A model generated the notes under the pieces. It made no database searches, was not told the DNA's origin, and worked only from the letters and a program-made list of their open reading frames with translations. From assembly GCA_052327205.1 (NCBI GenBank), contig CM126208.1, positions 255,998,001 to 256,062,000 of the forward strand: a stretch of 64,000 bases of DNA, given 5' to 3'. Below are positions 12,227 through 24,644 of the stretch, in pieces (the first letter of the stretch is position 1; each line of letters begins with the position of its first letter). The translations under genes were made by a program, and so were the position numbers. The DNA is from Somniosus microcephalus. Lineage: Eukaryota.

Positions 12227-12392
12227 CGGCGATGTGTTTTAGGATGTGGGTGAGCTATAGTGCTGAGTGGAGAGCAGATGCTTCCCCACAGGGAAGACCA
12301 GAGGTAGTGCCACTCAGAGGTACTTCCGTGTACTGGCTTCACAACTATCAGAAGATTGTCTGCGAGCATATCACCAGGCATATCACCAGGCA

Positions 12393-12482
12393 TCAACCCA
12401 AAACATTAACTCTGTTTCTCTCTCCCCAGCTGCTGCCTGACCTGTTGAGCATTTCCAGCCTTTTTCAGTTTTGATTTCAGAA
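12393..12482 (+). mobile_element. Penelope-like tail fragment
   Basis: aactctgtttctctctcc...gctgcctgacctgttgag matches 63665-63735. Confidence 0.7.
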
Positions 12483-14833
12483 ATCCTTTACTGCCCTGGC
12501 ACTATGGCTATGGGGCATGACGGGGACTTCAAATATCAGTGAAGATTAATAGAATTAACTGTCCTTGAAGGTGCATTTCTCTGGCTCTACATTATAGTTA
12601 ATAGAGAAGTCAGTGCTGTTGAAGTTATAGTCGCAAAAAAGGATTGAGTATGTGCAAAGTTAGAAAGGCTTTTCCAGCACTCAAGAAGATTAAGGATCCA
12701 GCACATAGAAAGGCCTCTCCAAAAGTTTACACTAACAATCCCCAGGCACTGATTGGCGATTAAGAAAGTTTCACTTGTTTTCCACAGTTTTGTTTTTTTC
12801 CCCTTTCCTTTTAGGTTTTTTAGCTATTGTTTTCACTGATGGGCCGACCCTTGGAAAGCATGTGTGTTGTTTTATGACAGAGATGGGTATTTATAGGCCT
12901 GATCCATCATGAGTGCTAGACACCTCTTTTTCTTCCCCTGTGAAAGGCAAAAATAATAAAAATGCAGATGCTGTACTTTGAAACGACTCTGTAAATATTT
13001 TCACTTCTTTCGTCATCTCCGTGGGAAACAATAGCAGCATCTGTGTTCCAGAGCGGGGCCACTCATTTGCATGCAGGGGACGGACATTTCCGTTTATTAT
13101 CAATTTTATGCATTACTTCATTTCACGGTGTTAAGACAATCACAATCAAAGGGGCTCAGCATTCCGTAGGCACGCTATTCATCCCTTCAGCCCCATCATA
13201 TTGAGGTTATTCACACAGATTTACATAGATGGTTGTGCACTAGGTCAGAAAGAGAGGAAAATAAGCTCGTTGCAGACTTGTTACGTGCGTTAGTGGAAAG
13301 ATGGTCCAACAGTTTCCTCTCAAAGTGCACATTCCGAAACACTCGGGCCGGTTACTCCACGCTAATACATGCCCAACACTTTTTATTTTCAGTGTTGGGG
13401 GAAATTCTAAGCTTTCAATACTTGTTCAAAGAGATTAGGAGCCAAACAGTTGCTGTTTCTTTTCTTAAAGGAGCATGTGTTGCATCAGCAAGGAGCCTAC
13501 AGGAAAAAAACTGATCGCAGCCGGCCGTGTGAAATCCCATGTGAAATCCCTCCGGAAAACTCAGAGCCTGGCAGATGCTTCGTTTACCACTGCAGAAGAA
13601 TTTGAATTCCAGGTTGTGCATGGCTCTTTTCAACATTCATTTTTAAGTTTAATTTTTTTTTGATTCAGAAAAGTATAAACAGCTATAGCAGGCATGCCCG
13701 ATAATGCTCTCCTGTTCAGCGATCTAGTTAATGATCTTGCAAAGCCATTTACCAGAAGGCAGTCTCCCTTTAATAAAATCGAATGAAGTATTGCTGGGTC
13801 AAAGCCATAGTGTAAACTTTTTGAAAGCACTGCTTTTATAGGGATTCATGGGGGTAAAGAATGAGAATTCAAGATTCTCCAATCCAACTGATTTGAGTGC
13901 ATTTTACGAATAAAACTAAAGCATAGATAGTGGGATTGTTACCATATTTTATCATCCAATATAGAACATAATCACCTATTAAAGATATATCCTGTTGTAA
14001 TAATAGGCTTGTTTTCTGTGTTTGAATAATTTTATTTAGTTTTTCATCAATTTATTTTTCACTTGCATTGCAGAGATACTTCTAAATCTCAAAGAGCAAA
14101 TAGGTAAACTTACTTTTGCAACACTTTCTGGTATGAGGGAGGTAGTATATCATATAAGGCCAGAGAGTTAATTCCCATCTCTCTGGCCCCAAATAAATAC
14201 TGAAAAAAAATCTTTACCCTTAGAAGCGAGCGCACTTTACACATAGAATCTACAAAAAGAATTTCCTGTGAATTTCTATGTCCGTGGTGCAGAATCTAAA
14301 GTATGCACCTGAACCTCAAGAATGATGCTTACTTCAAAAAGGTCTGTGCAACCAAATTGAAATCTTGCAATCCTGTTACATTGCTAGTTTTAGCATTGCT
14401 GTAGTGGTCCTCATAAGAATCAGAAGGGGGATACAACATTTAAAATGAGATGGGAGCCATTGAAAGTGTCTAGACTTGGGAAAAGAAAAGTGTTCTGTTC
14501 AGAGAAGGGGATATTCATTCTATTCGTCCTCTGGATTCTCATTTTCTGTTAGTTGAGGATAAACTGGCATTAATGACATTTGTGGAAAAATTTGCAGTCT
14601 GGCCAGTAATGTTCACATGCAGCCAAAAAGGATGTGTGAATGGCAAAAACAAACAGATAGACAAGAGACCACTAGCAGAGTGGCAAGATGCTTTGCTTCT
14701 CCCGCACTGTGCTTACAGCATTGAGTCCAAGCACTGGCCAAACCCTCGACTCCACCAGCCATCGTGTCAGGTCTCAGGTGTGGTGGGGTGGGGGATGGGG
14801 GGTGGGTGAGGGATACTGGAGGCAAAACCTTGA

Positions 14834-15303
14834 GTGTCAGCTGTGGCTCAGTGGGTAACACTCTCACCTCTGAGTCAGGGTGTTGTGGGTTCATAGTCCC
14901 ACTACTGAGACTGTGAGCACAAAAATCTACACTGACACTCCAGTGGAGTACTGAAGGAGTGCTGCATTGTCAGAGGTGCCGTCTTTCAGATGAGATATTA
15001 AACTGAGGCCCTGTCTGCCCTCTCAGGTGGATGTAAAAGATACCATGACACTATTTCCAACAAGTGCAGGGGAATTCTCCCCAGTGTCCTGGCCAATATT
15101 TATCCTTCAACCAACATCACTAAAACAGATTATCAGGCCATTATCATGTTGCTGTTTGTGGGAGCTTGCTGTGTGAAAATTGGCTGCCGTATTTCCTATA
15201 TTACAACAGAGACCACACTTCAAAAGTACTTAATTTGCTGTAAAACGCTTTGGGACATCCTGAGGTCGTGAAAGGCGCTATATAAATGGAAGTCTTTCTT
15301 TTC
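14834..15303 (+). mobile_element. SacSINE1-like DeuSINE, full length
   Basis: Same family structure as 7716-8177. Confidence 0.9.
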
Positions 15304-15577
15304 TTGAAGGATTTTCCACGTTAGACAAATGGTCAGCTTTTCCCCCATTTACTTTTTACAAAGCGAATACTGGTGTTTGTCATACACTGCACACAAATAA
15401 ATATTTTCTATCTTCACGTAAATTGTGGAGGAAACTGTGTGAACCTAAAGGCTTGGAGGTTTGACCAAAAACAAACAAATTTAAACATAAAAAAAACGTT
15501 GTTTTGCCACCACCAGAGTGAAAAGTGGGAAGCATAATATTGCAAATAATCTTTTGCAAAACTTAGGTTCCCTGATA

Positions 15578-15950
15578 GCCCAGTGAGTAATGACATTTCA
15601 CAGTGTAGAGTAATACAGAACCAGGAAGGTCCTGGGCTTCATCTGGCCTGTGCCGAGTTGAGGCATTGCTGGAGTGGTTGCACTTGGTCTCAGAGCTAAA
15701 GAAGGGAACAATCAGCCACGGTTCCTGTTTCTGATAAATGATTCCTGTAGAAATTGCAAGTTTGCACATAAGGTTAAACTGGGTTGGGCTTGTCAATAAG
15801 TTCACACTTGGTTGAATAGCTTGCCAACGCTGATTGTCAAAGGTTCAGACATGAAGAACGGATCACTTGGACGAGGTACTAGCTGATGACTGGCATCCAT
15901 TGAACTGTATCCCAATGTGAGTCTGCATCTTTAAGAGAGGAGAAAGAACT
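15578..15950 (+). mobile_element. Degenerate LF-SINE
   Basis: accaggaaggtcctgg, aatcagccacggttcctg, ttgaatagcttgcc, catgaagaacgg..cacttggacgaggtac, gagtctgc...gagaggag in consensus order. Confidence 0.65.
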
Positions 15951-16059
15951 GGGGTAAAAAAAGCACAAACATTTTGCAGGTGGAGATTTGCATCTCATTT
16001 ACAGTGCTGTTAACTGACCACTTATTTTACAGCTTTAGGGTCAGATTTTTAGAGTCTTG

Positions 16060-16531
16060 AAAGAAAGAAATACTTGCATTTCTATAGCGCCTTTCACGCC
16101 CTCAGGACATCCCAAAGCGCTTTACAGCCTATTAAGTACTTTTGAAGTGTAGTCACGGCTGTAATGTAGGAAACGCAGCAGCCAATTGCGCACAGCAAGC
16201 TCCCACAAACAGAAATGTGATAATAACCAAATAATCTGTTTTTTTGTTATGTTGATTGAGGGATAAATATTGGCCAGGACACCAGGGAGAACTCCCCTGC
16301 TCTTCTTCAAAATAGCACCATAGTATATTTTATGTTCACCTGAGAGAACAGACAGGGCCTCAGTTTAATGTCTCATCCAACAGACAGCTCCTTCTGACAG
16401 TGTAGCGTTCCCTCAGCACTGCACTGGAGTGTCAGTCTAGATTTTTGTGCTCAGGTCTCTGGAGTGGGCCTATGAACCCACAACCTTCTGACTTAAAGGT
16501 AAGAGTGCTACCAACTGAGCCATGGCTGACA
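16060..16531 (-). mobile_element. SacSINE1-like DeuSINE, full length
   Basis: Same family. Confidence 0.9.
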
Positions 16532-16749
16532 ATAAGAGACAGAACAGAAGGGAACAAACATATAAACTACCAAGTTTAGCATTACTGTCACTCAAAAAGA
16601 TGAATTCTACTCAGATTACAGAATGAGAGCTATATTCAATCTCTCTACCATTTAGGTGACCTGAAATGTTGCAAACATGCACTGAAAATGAAAACATTCA
16701 TAATTTGAATATTAGCTCAAAAATGTTAAGTCTGAAATAACAATACATC

Positions 16750-17003
16750 ACAGGGGGAATGTAGACGATCCCATGACATTTAAAAAAAAAGAAAAGTTCT
16801 CCCAATGTCTTGGCCAACAGTCCTCCCTTAAGTAACACCCCAAAACAGATTAGCTGGCCATTCTTTTCATTGTTGTTTGTGGGACCTTTCTGTGTGCAAA
16901 TTGGCTGTTGCATTTGCCTACATAACCAGCGTGACTGCGCTTCATAAAGTAATTCAGTGGCTACACAGTCTTTGAGAGGCGCTATATAAATGTAAGTCTT
17001 TCA
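16750..17003 (+). mobile_element. Old DeuSINE 3' fragment
   Basis: Diverged match to the SINE core and tail. Confidence 0.7.
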
Positions 17004-17573
17004 TTTACAACATTTTTTTCCTACAGTCCCTTTAAATTAGGACTTTGAAGAGCTTCGCTTTAACTGCCCATTACAGTGGGCAGGACTTCCACCCAAACTT
17101 CACAAATTTCAATGGGCCTGCTATTGACACTCGTTAAAATATTGGACTCATGCATAATCCAGGGGGGACTGAGTGCAAACACTTGGCACCCTATTCCCTA
17201 GTCTCCGTTCAGCCAAATCGCGCTGGTGATACTGAAACCACTGGGCAGAAAAACTTCCTTACTGTCCCCTCCATGGTGCCGTGTGATTACATTCTTTTTA
17301 GAACCAATTGCTAGTAAGCATTTTTTTTCTCTCTATTATTTTACTTCCCCTTTTTACGGCCCCTTTGCTGAGCATTGCTGATGTCTTGCTTCCAGTAGTA
17401 CAGCTTTTTGATTTGCATCCAGGAGCTTTACAGGGGCAATCCCAGGTGAAATGCATTTATTTTCATTCCTTCCCTATTGAGAAGCGCCTTGGCAATAATT
17501 TTGACTTTGGATGATAGTGTAAAACAGGCGATCTCGATTCCGCTGTCTGATATACATTTCTCTCGATTTTCAT

Positions 17574-17967
17574 TTGGTTCAAGCCCCACTCTAGAGTCTT
17601 TAGCACAAATTCTAGGCTGATGCTCCCAGTGCAATACTGAGGGAGTGCTGCACTGTCGGAGGTGTCGTCTTCCAGATGAGATGTTAAACTGAGGCCCCGT
17701 CTGCCCTCACAGGTGGCACTATTTCCAAGATGAGCAGGGGAGTTCTCACTGGTGTTCTGGCCAATATTTATCCCTCAACCAACACCTAAAAGCAGATTAT
17801 CCGGTCATTATCACATTGCTGTTTGTGGGAGCTTGCTGTGCGCAAATTGGCTGCTGCGTTTCCTACATTACAACAGTGACTGCACTTCAAAATTACTTAA
17901 TTTGCTGTAAAGCACTTTGGGACATCCTGAGGTCATGAAAGGCACTGTATAAATGCAAGTCTTTTTC
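17574..17967 (+). mobile_element. SacSINE1-like DeuSINE starting at the B box
   Basis: Same family. Confidence 0.88.
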
Positions 17968-19039
17968 AGCCAAAGTCAAAATTACCCCCTTTCACTCTAG
18001 GTCTCCCTCTCTTCCATGGCACCAATGTGGGGAATGGAAGGGCATGAGTCAACATTCTACCCTTCCAGGGCATTACCTTTTGGGACACCAGCATGCTCTG
18101 ATATAATGCATGTATTTTATTCAATGCAGAAATGTAATTTGAAAATACAGTGATCCAATACCATTAATAAACATGAAGGATATGCATATCTGGGTTTTCG
18201 ATCATTGACGGTTATTTCAGCACTTGACTTCAACTCATATTAAGCCAGTCACTACCATGAAATGAACCCTCTGAAATGTGCACCTTTTCCCCATTCATTG
18301 TTGCCTAATTACATATATCAGTGTTTCACATGCAAGGAGGCTATGTTCAGGCAGTATCATTTGTTATTTCCATTCTTACATCATAATAGCACAGCGTTAG
18401 AATTACCCTCAAACTTTGTGTGAAGCCGCAAGTTTGCATTAAAAATGTGAATTAACCTCTGTCATTTGTGGACACAAGTGTTTTTTTTTACTCATGTTGC
18501 TTCATAACGTTCAGATCATTTACAGAGGTGTCGCAGATGTTTTATGATAGGAAACGTGCATTTTTCTAAAACGTTGCACAGGAAACTAATTATTCAAGAA
18601 CATCTACGTGTCTGCAGGAACTTATTTTTACCTCACATTTTCCCATGAAACTCAGGTTATTGCACTGTAATTTTGAGCCATCAATGAATAGAGAAATAAT
18701 CTGACTGGCTGCTTTTGAGGGCTCTTACAATTTCATGGCTGTCTGAGTTAATGATTAAGATGAATAGCAAACAAGAGATAATGAGAAAGAATCTCAATGG
18801 CAAGTGATCAAACTTCTCTTTCTCTTCTCTTATTGCTTCTCATTTTCCCTCTCCCTGTCACGCTGGCCGTGATTTTTTCTTGTCATTTAGAAACCTAGGT
18901 AAAGTGTTAAGACATGTTGCAAAATGAAACACATAAACCGGCTCAGCACATTCCTGCAGTGAGATGACTTTGTGAGGGGGGTGGGGGTGGGGGCAGATGG
19001 TGGGGCGGCAGTTGTAAGTATAAAGGCCCTTCACTAAAC

Positions 19040-19255
19040 TCCTTGGCCAACATTTATCCCTCAAACCAACACCACTGAAAAATACAGATTACCTGGCTGG
19101 GATCACATGTTGGAGCTTGCTGTGCTCAAATTGGCTGCCGCGTTTCCCTACATTACGATAGTGACTACACTTCAAAAAGTACTTTGTTGGCTGTAAAACA
19201 CCGTGGGACGTCCTGAGGTCGTGAGCGGCGCTATATAAAGGCAAGTCTTTCTTTC
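19040..19255 (+). mobile_element. DeuSINE 3' fragment
   Basis: Same family tail. Confidence 0.8.
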
Positions 19256-19542
19256 TGTAATCCTTTCTAGATTTTCTACTCAGGCAAACGCATGGGTGGC
19301 AAAATGGCGCAGCGCGATTCGCCCTTTCTAGTAGTGAAGTGAGGTGACCTTCGCATCTTTTGGGGTCAGATTCATTTAAATATTAGTCACAACCCCCTGG
19401 CAATGGTAATGCCTCTGTTTGGGAGCTGGCTGTGGTGAGGGTGGAAAACCACATGTTGTTTCCCAAGCTGCTGCAGGATTTGAAAACCTGCAGCAGTTTA
19501 AAGGGGTCAGCGCGGCAACAATCCTTGCGGCAGTAAAGAGAC

Positions 19543-19655
19543 AAAAAAAAGACTTGCATTTTTCTAGCGTTTTTCACAACCTCAGGGAGTCCCAAAGTGC
19601 TTTTACAGCCAATTTTGAAGTGTAGTCACTGTTGCAATGTAGGAAACGTAGCAGC
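19543..19655 (-). mobile_element. SacSINE1-like SINE, tail part (continues at 29368)
   Basis: Stops at ...gtaggaaacgtagcagc; the consensus continuation ccaatttgcacacagc appears at about 29370. Confidence 0.8.
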
Positions 19656-22600
19656 TAAATTAAAGAGCAGGACCTTGAAGGTAATAATCTCTGGATTATT
19701 GCCCGAGCCACGTGCCAATTGGCATAGAAGCAGTCAGATCAGGAGAATTAACATGTGGCTAAAGGGCTGGTGTGGGAAAGAGGGGTTCCTTTTCATGGGA
19801 CACTGGCACCAGTACTGGGACAGGAAGGAGCTGTACAGATGGGACGGGCTCCACCTGAACCGGGATGGGACCCGTGTCCGAGCGGAAAGGGTAAATAGGG
19901 AGGTGGCAAAGGCTTTAAGCCAGTAAGATAGGGGGAGGGATCTACAAGAAATGAAACCAGCCTACATATAAACAAAACAGGAAAGGAGAGCATAGGAAAG
20001 AGTAAAGTAAGGGAGGATATTGATGACCAGGGAATAAATGGAGTTATAGGACAGGAGTGTAAAAAGATGGTTAAAAATAAAGTGCAAGGAACTGCTATTA
20101 AAAATGAGTTAAACTGTCTGTACAGCAATGCACACAGTGTCTGAAATAAAACAGGGGAGCTGGAGGCAATCATGCATTGCGAGGAACCAGACATAGTACG
20201 GATTACTGAGACATGGCTACAGAAAAATCACGACTGGAAATTAAACATTGCAGGGTCTAACATATTTAGAAATATAGAGAGGGAAAAAGGGGAGGTGGAG
20301 TAGCTGTACTTATTAGAGATAACATAATGGCAGTAGAAAAAAGTGACGCAGCTATCAGCAAGACAGAAATAAAATCCATGTGGATAGAGATAAAAGATAA
20401 TAAAGGATCAATCAAACTAATAGGGGTAGTCTACAGGCTACCTAATAGTGGAAGGGAGGTGGAGGAATAAATATGCAAACACATTAGGGAAATGAGTAAA
20501 AAACATAGAATAATAATCATGGGGGATTTCAACTACCCCGATATTAAATGGACAGAAGAGGTAGGTAAAGGGGATAAAGGAATGGAGTTCCTACAATGTG
20601 TACACGACTCCTTTCTAACCCAATATGTAAAAAGCCCAACAAGGGAGGATTCACTATTGGATCTAGTAATGGGGAATGAACCAGAGCAGATAAGAAAAGT
20701 AAAAGTAGGGGAACATCTAGGCAATAGTGACCATAATATAATATGTTTTAAAATAATCATTGAGAAGGACATAAGTATGACGAAGGTCAGGGCAATGTAA
20801 GGGGTTTTCCTTGAGAGATTTCCCTGAGGTTTCTCTCTCTAGAGGCCTCTCTCTCTCTTGCACAGTAAAACCTTGAGTGGTTCGACCCACTCGCCCCTTA
20901 GATTCTATACTCTGGACTTAGGGGCAGGAACTACAATGTAGAGAAAACTCTTGTAGACCAAGTTTGATGAAACAAAATTAAATTTTATTGCAAAAGGAAA
21001 AATATCAAATCAAATGCAAGCAGATAAGAGAGTACATGGGAGGGAAAAATACACAAAAAAATCATAACGACACGATACTAACTAAGGCAAATACCGGCAT
21101 CTTATACTCTACAAAGATCATCATGAAATGAGGAAACACACGGAACATCGAGGGACAACAACTCATGTTAATTGTACCCTTAAATCCACCCCCTTATTAA
21201 ACCTATCTAGATCTGATTGTGAAGGGCCAGAAACATGCTCACCAATCCAACTAGGAAGTGCAAGGTTTTGAAATCGAGTCTGTGTTTGGTCCTTTCAGGC
21301 GTTTCGTCTCCACGTGGATCGTGGAGCCCCTGCGAGCTGCGCCACACCTCTCTCCTGAGGTGGGGGTCGGGGGCGGCTGGACACTGGCGGGCCTGGATGT
21401 CGGCGGGGTCGAGGATAGTCGGCTCGACCCTGGTTAGAGGAGCCTTGGGCTGGCTCCCATCACTTCTTCAGCTTGTTTTTATTTCTTCTCCTTCCAACCG
21501 GGGTGGCTGGAAGGTTTCTTCTCTTGGGACCTTTATTTTTTTGTCTCTTCTCCCAAGCTGGGTCGATGGCCTCTCGTTCCGGCAATGGCCCGGGGATGGT
21601 CGATGATCTCCCGATGTGTTTCCCCGGGGCGGGACGCCGGCTTCGAGACGGCTTTCTCGATGTTGGCTTTCTTCTTCCTCCTGCGAGTGCCTGCTTCTTC
21701 TTCTGGCTGTGATTCAAACTCTCGTCTCTCTCCAAGCTGCATGTCTCTTCAAGCTCCAAGCTCTCAGCTCTTCAAGCTCCCTCCAACTGCCGAAAAGTCT
21801 TCCAGATATACCTTTCTTCCAGAAACTTCCGTCTCCCACCCAAAATCAGGTTAGTCTTTGTTTTACTTTTGGTGGGCTGGGAGCACAGCGGGGTAGTTAT
21901 TATATTTTTAAATGTTTTCGATGGCTGGTAAAGGCCCATCTCTGGTCTGGAATTACCTTCATTGTTTTTAATGTCCTGCTGATCTCGTTATCTAGTCCTG
22001 GGTGCTGTTCTCATGAATATGAAATTGTCCCCTTTTGTCTGGGTCAACATTTTGATGGCCTCTGTCTCCAGGCTGATCTTGACTGGATCTGCATCTAATC
22101 CATATGCATACGTGTGGGTCTGGTTTCGTTCTCTCAGAAACGGCTTCCAGAACTTGCTGTGGGTTGAATCCACAAAGCTGTCTGAGGTTGCGCAGGAACC
22201 ATTTTAAAGTGTCCCAATAAGCTGGTCACATGGTATGGTGGCCATTTTGTATGCCCCTTTTTCTGGGCTTCTTTTAAAACAGTCTTTAAAATCATGGCCT
22301 CTTCTGCCATTTGACCCTTATTAATATAAAGTCCAATTTTGCGAATCCTACAGTAATAGATTGGAGAAAAGCTAATTTTGAGGGGCTGAGAATAGAACTT
22401 GGGGAAATAAAATGGACAACAATATTGGCAAACAATGATGTAGAACAGCAATGGGAAACACTTAAAATGGTGTTTAACAGAGTCCAGAAAAAATATATTC
22501 TGCTAAAATAACAAGAACAAGCTAAACACTAATGAGACACCATGGATGAATAAACCCATTAGGGAAAAATTAAGGGTAAGTAAAGAGGCATACATTAAGT

Positions 22601-23032
22601 ACATGGATACCAGGCGAGAGCATGATAAGGAGAAATACGAAGAGATTAGGAAAGAAGTCAAAAAAACAATTAGGAAGGCAAAGAGGAACTATGACATTAA
22701 ATTATCAAGGAACATAAAACAAAATAGTAAAATATTTTACAGGCAGATCAATAAAAAAAGGAAGATCAGGATGGGAATAGGGCGACTAAGGGATTATACC
22801 ACAGGCAGTGATAGAGGAATGGCAGAAATTACTTTGCCAGGGAGATAGAACAGGTGGACATGACATTGGATCATGAGATTAGTAAGGAAATAGCTGCATT
22901 TAAAATAAAAAGAGGAGATATATTAAATAAACGAATCAAACTCAAAGATAATAAAAACTCTGGTCCGGATGGATTACATCGGCACATTTTAAAAGAATCT
23001 AGGGAAGAGATAGCAGAGGCATTACTACACAT
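19656..23032 (+). mobile_element. CR1-A: 5'-truncated CR1 (ORF1 esterase end, ORF2 APE endonuclease, RT start), interrupted by a solo LTR
   Basis: KVIISGLLP...DGLHLN (ORF1); ITETWL, MGDFN, SDHN (APE); SGPDGLH; many stops. Confidence 0.9.
20796..22352 (-). mobile_element. Solo LTR (1557 bp), ERV- or Gypsy-like
   Basis: TG...CA ends (TGTAAG / CCTACA); imperfect 4 bp TSD gcaa/gtaa; interrupts CR1 ORF2 between EKDISMTK and VIDWRKANF; AATAAA on minus near 20985; TATA-like box near 21903. Confidence 0.75.
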
Positions 23033-23462
23033 AGAGAGCGGCGGACCTGGGTGTGGAGTGAGGAGCGTGGCGAGTTTAAAAGCAGCGGCAGCAGCGAGGC
23101 CCGACCAGAGCGGCAGACCTGGGGGTGGAGGGAGGAGCGCGGCGAGTTTAAAAGCGGCAGTAGCAGCGAGGCCCGACCAGAACGGCGGACCTGGGTGTGG
23201 AGTGAGGAGTGCAGCGAGTTTAAAAATGACGGCAGCAGCGAGGCCCGACCAGAGCGGCGGACCTGGGTATGGAGTGAGGAGCACGGCGAGTTTAAAAGCG
23301 GCGGCAGCAGTGAGGCCTGACCAGAGCGGCGGACCTTGGTGTGGAGTGAGGAGCGCGGCGAGTATAAAAGCGGCGGCAGCAGCGAGGCCCGACCAGAGCG
23401 GTGGACCTGGGTGTGGAGTGAGGAGCGCGGTGAGTTTAAAAGCAGCGGCAGCAGTGAGGCTT
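23033..23462 (+). repeat. 72 bp tandem monomer x6 (CR1-B 5' UTR)
   Basis: Unit cagagcggcggacctgggtgtggagtgaggagcgcggcgagtttaaaagcggcggcagcagcgaggcccgac. Confidence 0.92.
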
Positions 23463-23693
23463 ACCAATTCAGCAGCGGGAGAGAGAGGTAAAAAGTAATC
23501 AAAGTGTGACGTTACCAGGAAGCAGGTAAGTGATGGGTTGGTGAGTATTTCTCTCTCTTAAACTTTAACTCTGTGGTTTATAGTTGCTAAGCTCTCTCTG
23601 GTGTAGCGGGGACTGTTGGTAAACCATTTAACTGTACTGTAATTAGTGGGATTGATTGATTTAATTTAATTTCAATTAATTAAAGGGTAAGTC

Positions 23694-24640
23694 ATGGCAG
23701 GACAGCCCGGCAATGTGGTATGCTCCTCCTGCGCTATGTGGGAACTCAGGGACACTTCCTGTGTCCCTGACAACTACGTGTGCAGGAAATGCATCCAGCT
23801 GCAGCTACTGACAGACCGCATTGCAGCACTGGAGCTGCGATTGGATGCATACTGGAGCATTCGCGATGCTCGGGACGTCGTGAATAGCACGTTTACGGAG
23901 TTGGACACACCGCAGGTAGAGGTTGGACAGGCAGAAAGGGAATGGGTGACCAACAGGCAGAGTACTAGGCGCAGGCAGGTAGTGCAGGGGTCCCCTGTGG
24001 ACATCCCCCTCTCAAACAGATATACCACTTTGAGTACTGTTGGGGGGGATGGCTTATCAGAGGAAAGCAGCAGTAGCCAACTTCCTGGCACCAGGGGTGG
24101 CTCTGCTGCACAGGACGGGAGGAAACAGAAGGGTAGAGCTATAGTAATAGGGGATTCTATTGTAAGGGGAATAGATAGGCATTTCTGCGGCCGCAAATGA
24201 GACTCCAGGATGGTGTGTTGCCTCCCTGGTGCAAGGGTCAAGGATGTCTCAGAGCGACAGCAGAACATCTTGGAAGGGGAGGGTGAACAGCCAGTTGTCG
24301 TGGTGCATATAGGCACCGACAACATAGGTAAAAAGCGGGATGAGGTCCTAAAAGCAGAATATAGGGAGTTAGGAGGTAAATTAAAAAATAGGACCTCAAA
24401 GGTAGTAATCTCAGGATTGCTACCAGTGCCACGTACTAGTCAGAGTAGAAATAGAAGGATATTTCAGATGAATACGTGGCTAGAGGAATGGTGCAGCGGG
24501 GAGGGATTCAAGTTCCTGGGACATTGGAACTGGTTCTGGGGGAGGTGGGACCAGTTCAAACCGGACGGTTTGCACCTGGGCAGGGCTGGAACCGATGTCC
24601 TAGGGGAGTGTTTGCTAGTGCTCTGGGGGAGGGTTTAAAC
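23694..24640 (+). pseudogene. CR1-B ORF1 (CxxC...CxxC, coiled coil, SGNH esterase), disrupted
   Basis: CSSC/CRKC, VIGDSIVRG, HIGTDN, DGLH; premature TGA at 24198-24200. Confidence 0.88.
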
Positions 24641-24644
24641 TAAA

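Noticed and set aside
22854-23498. 214 aa protein with 24 aa repeats (and antisense 198 aa ORF)
   Set aside because: Artefact of a 72 bp (multiple of 3) GC-rich array fused to a CR1-A fragment
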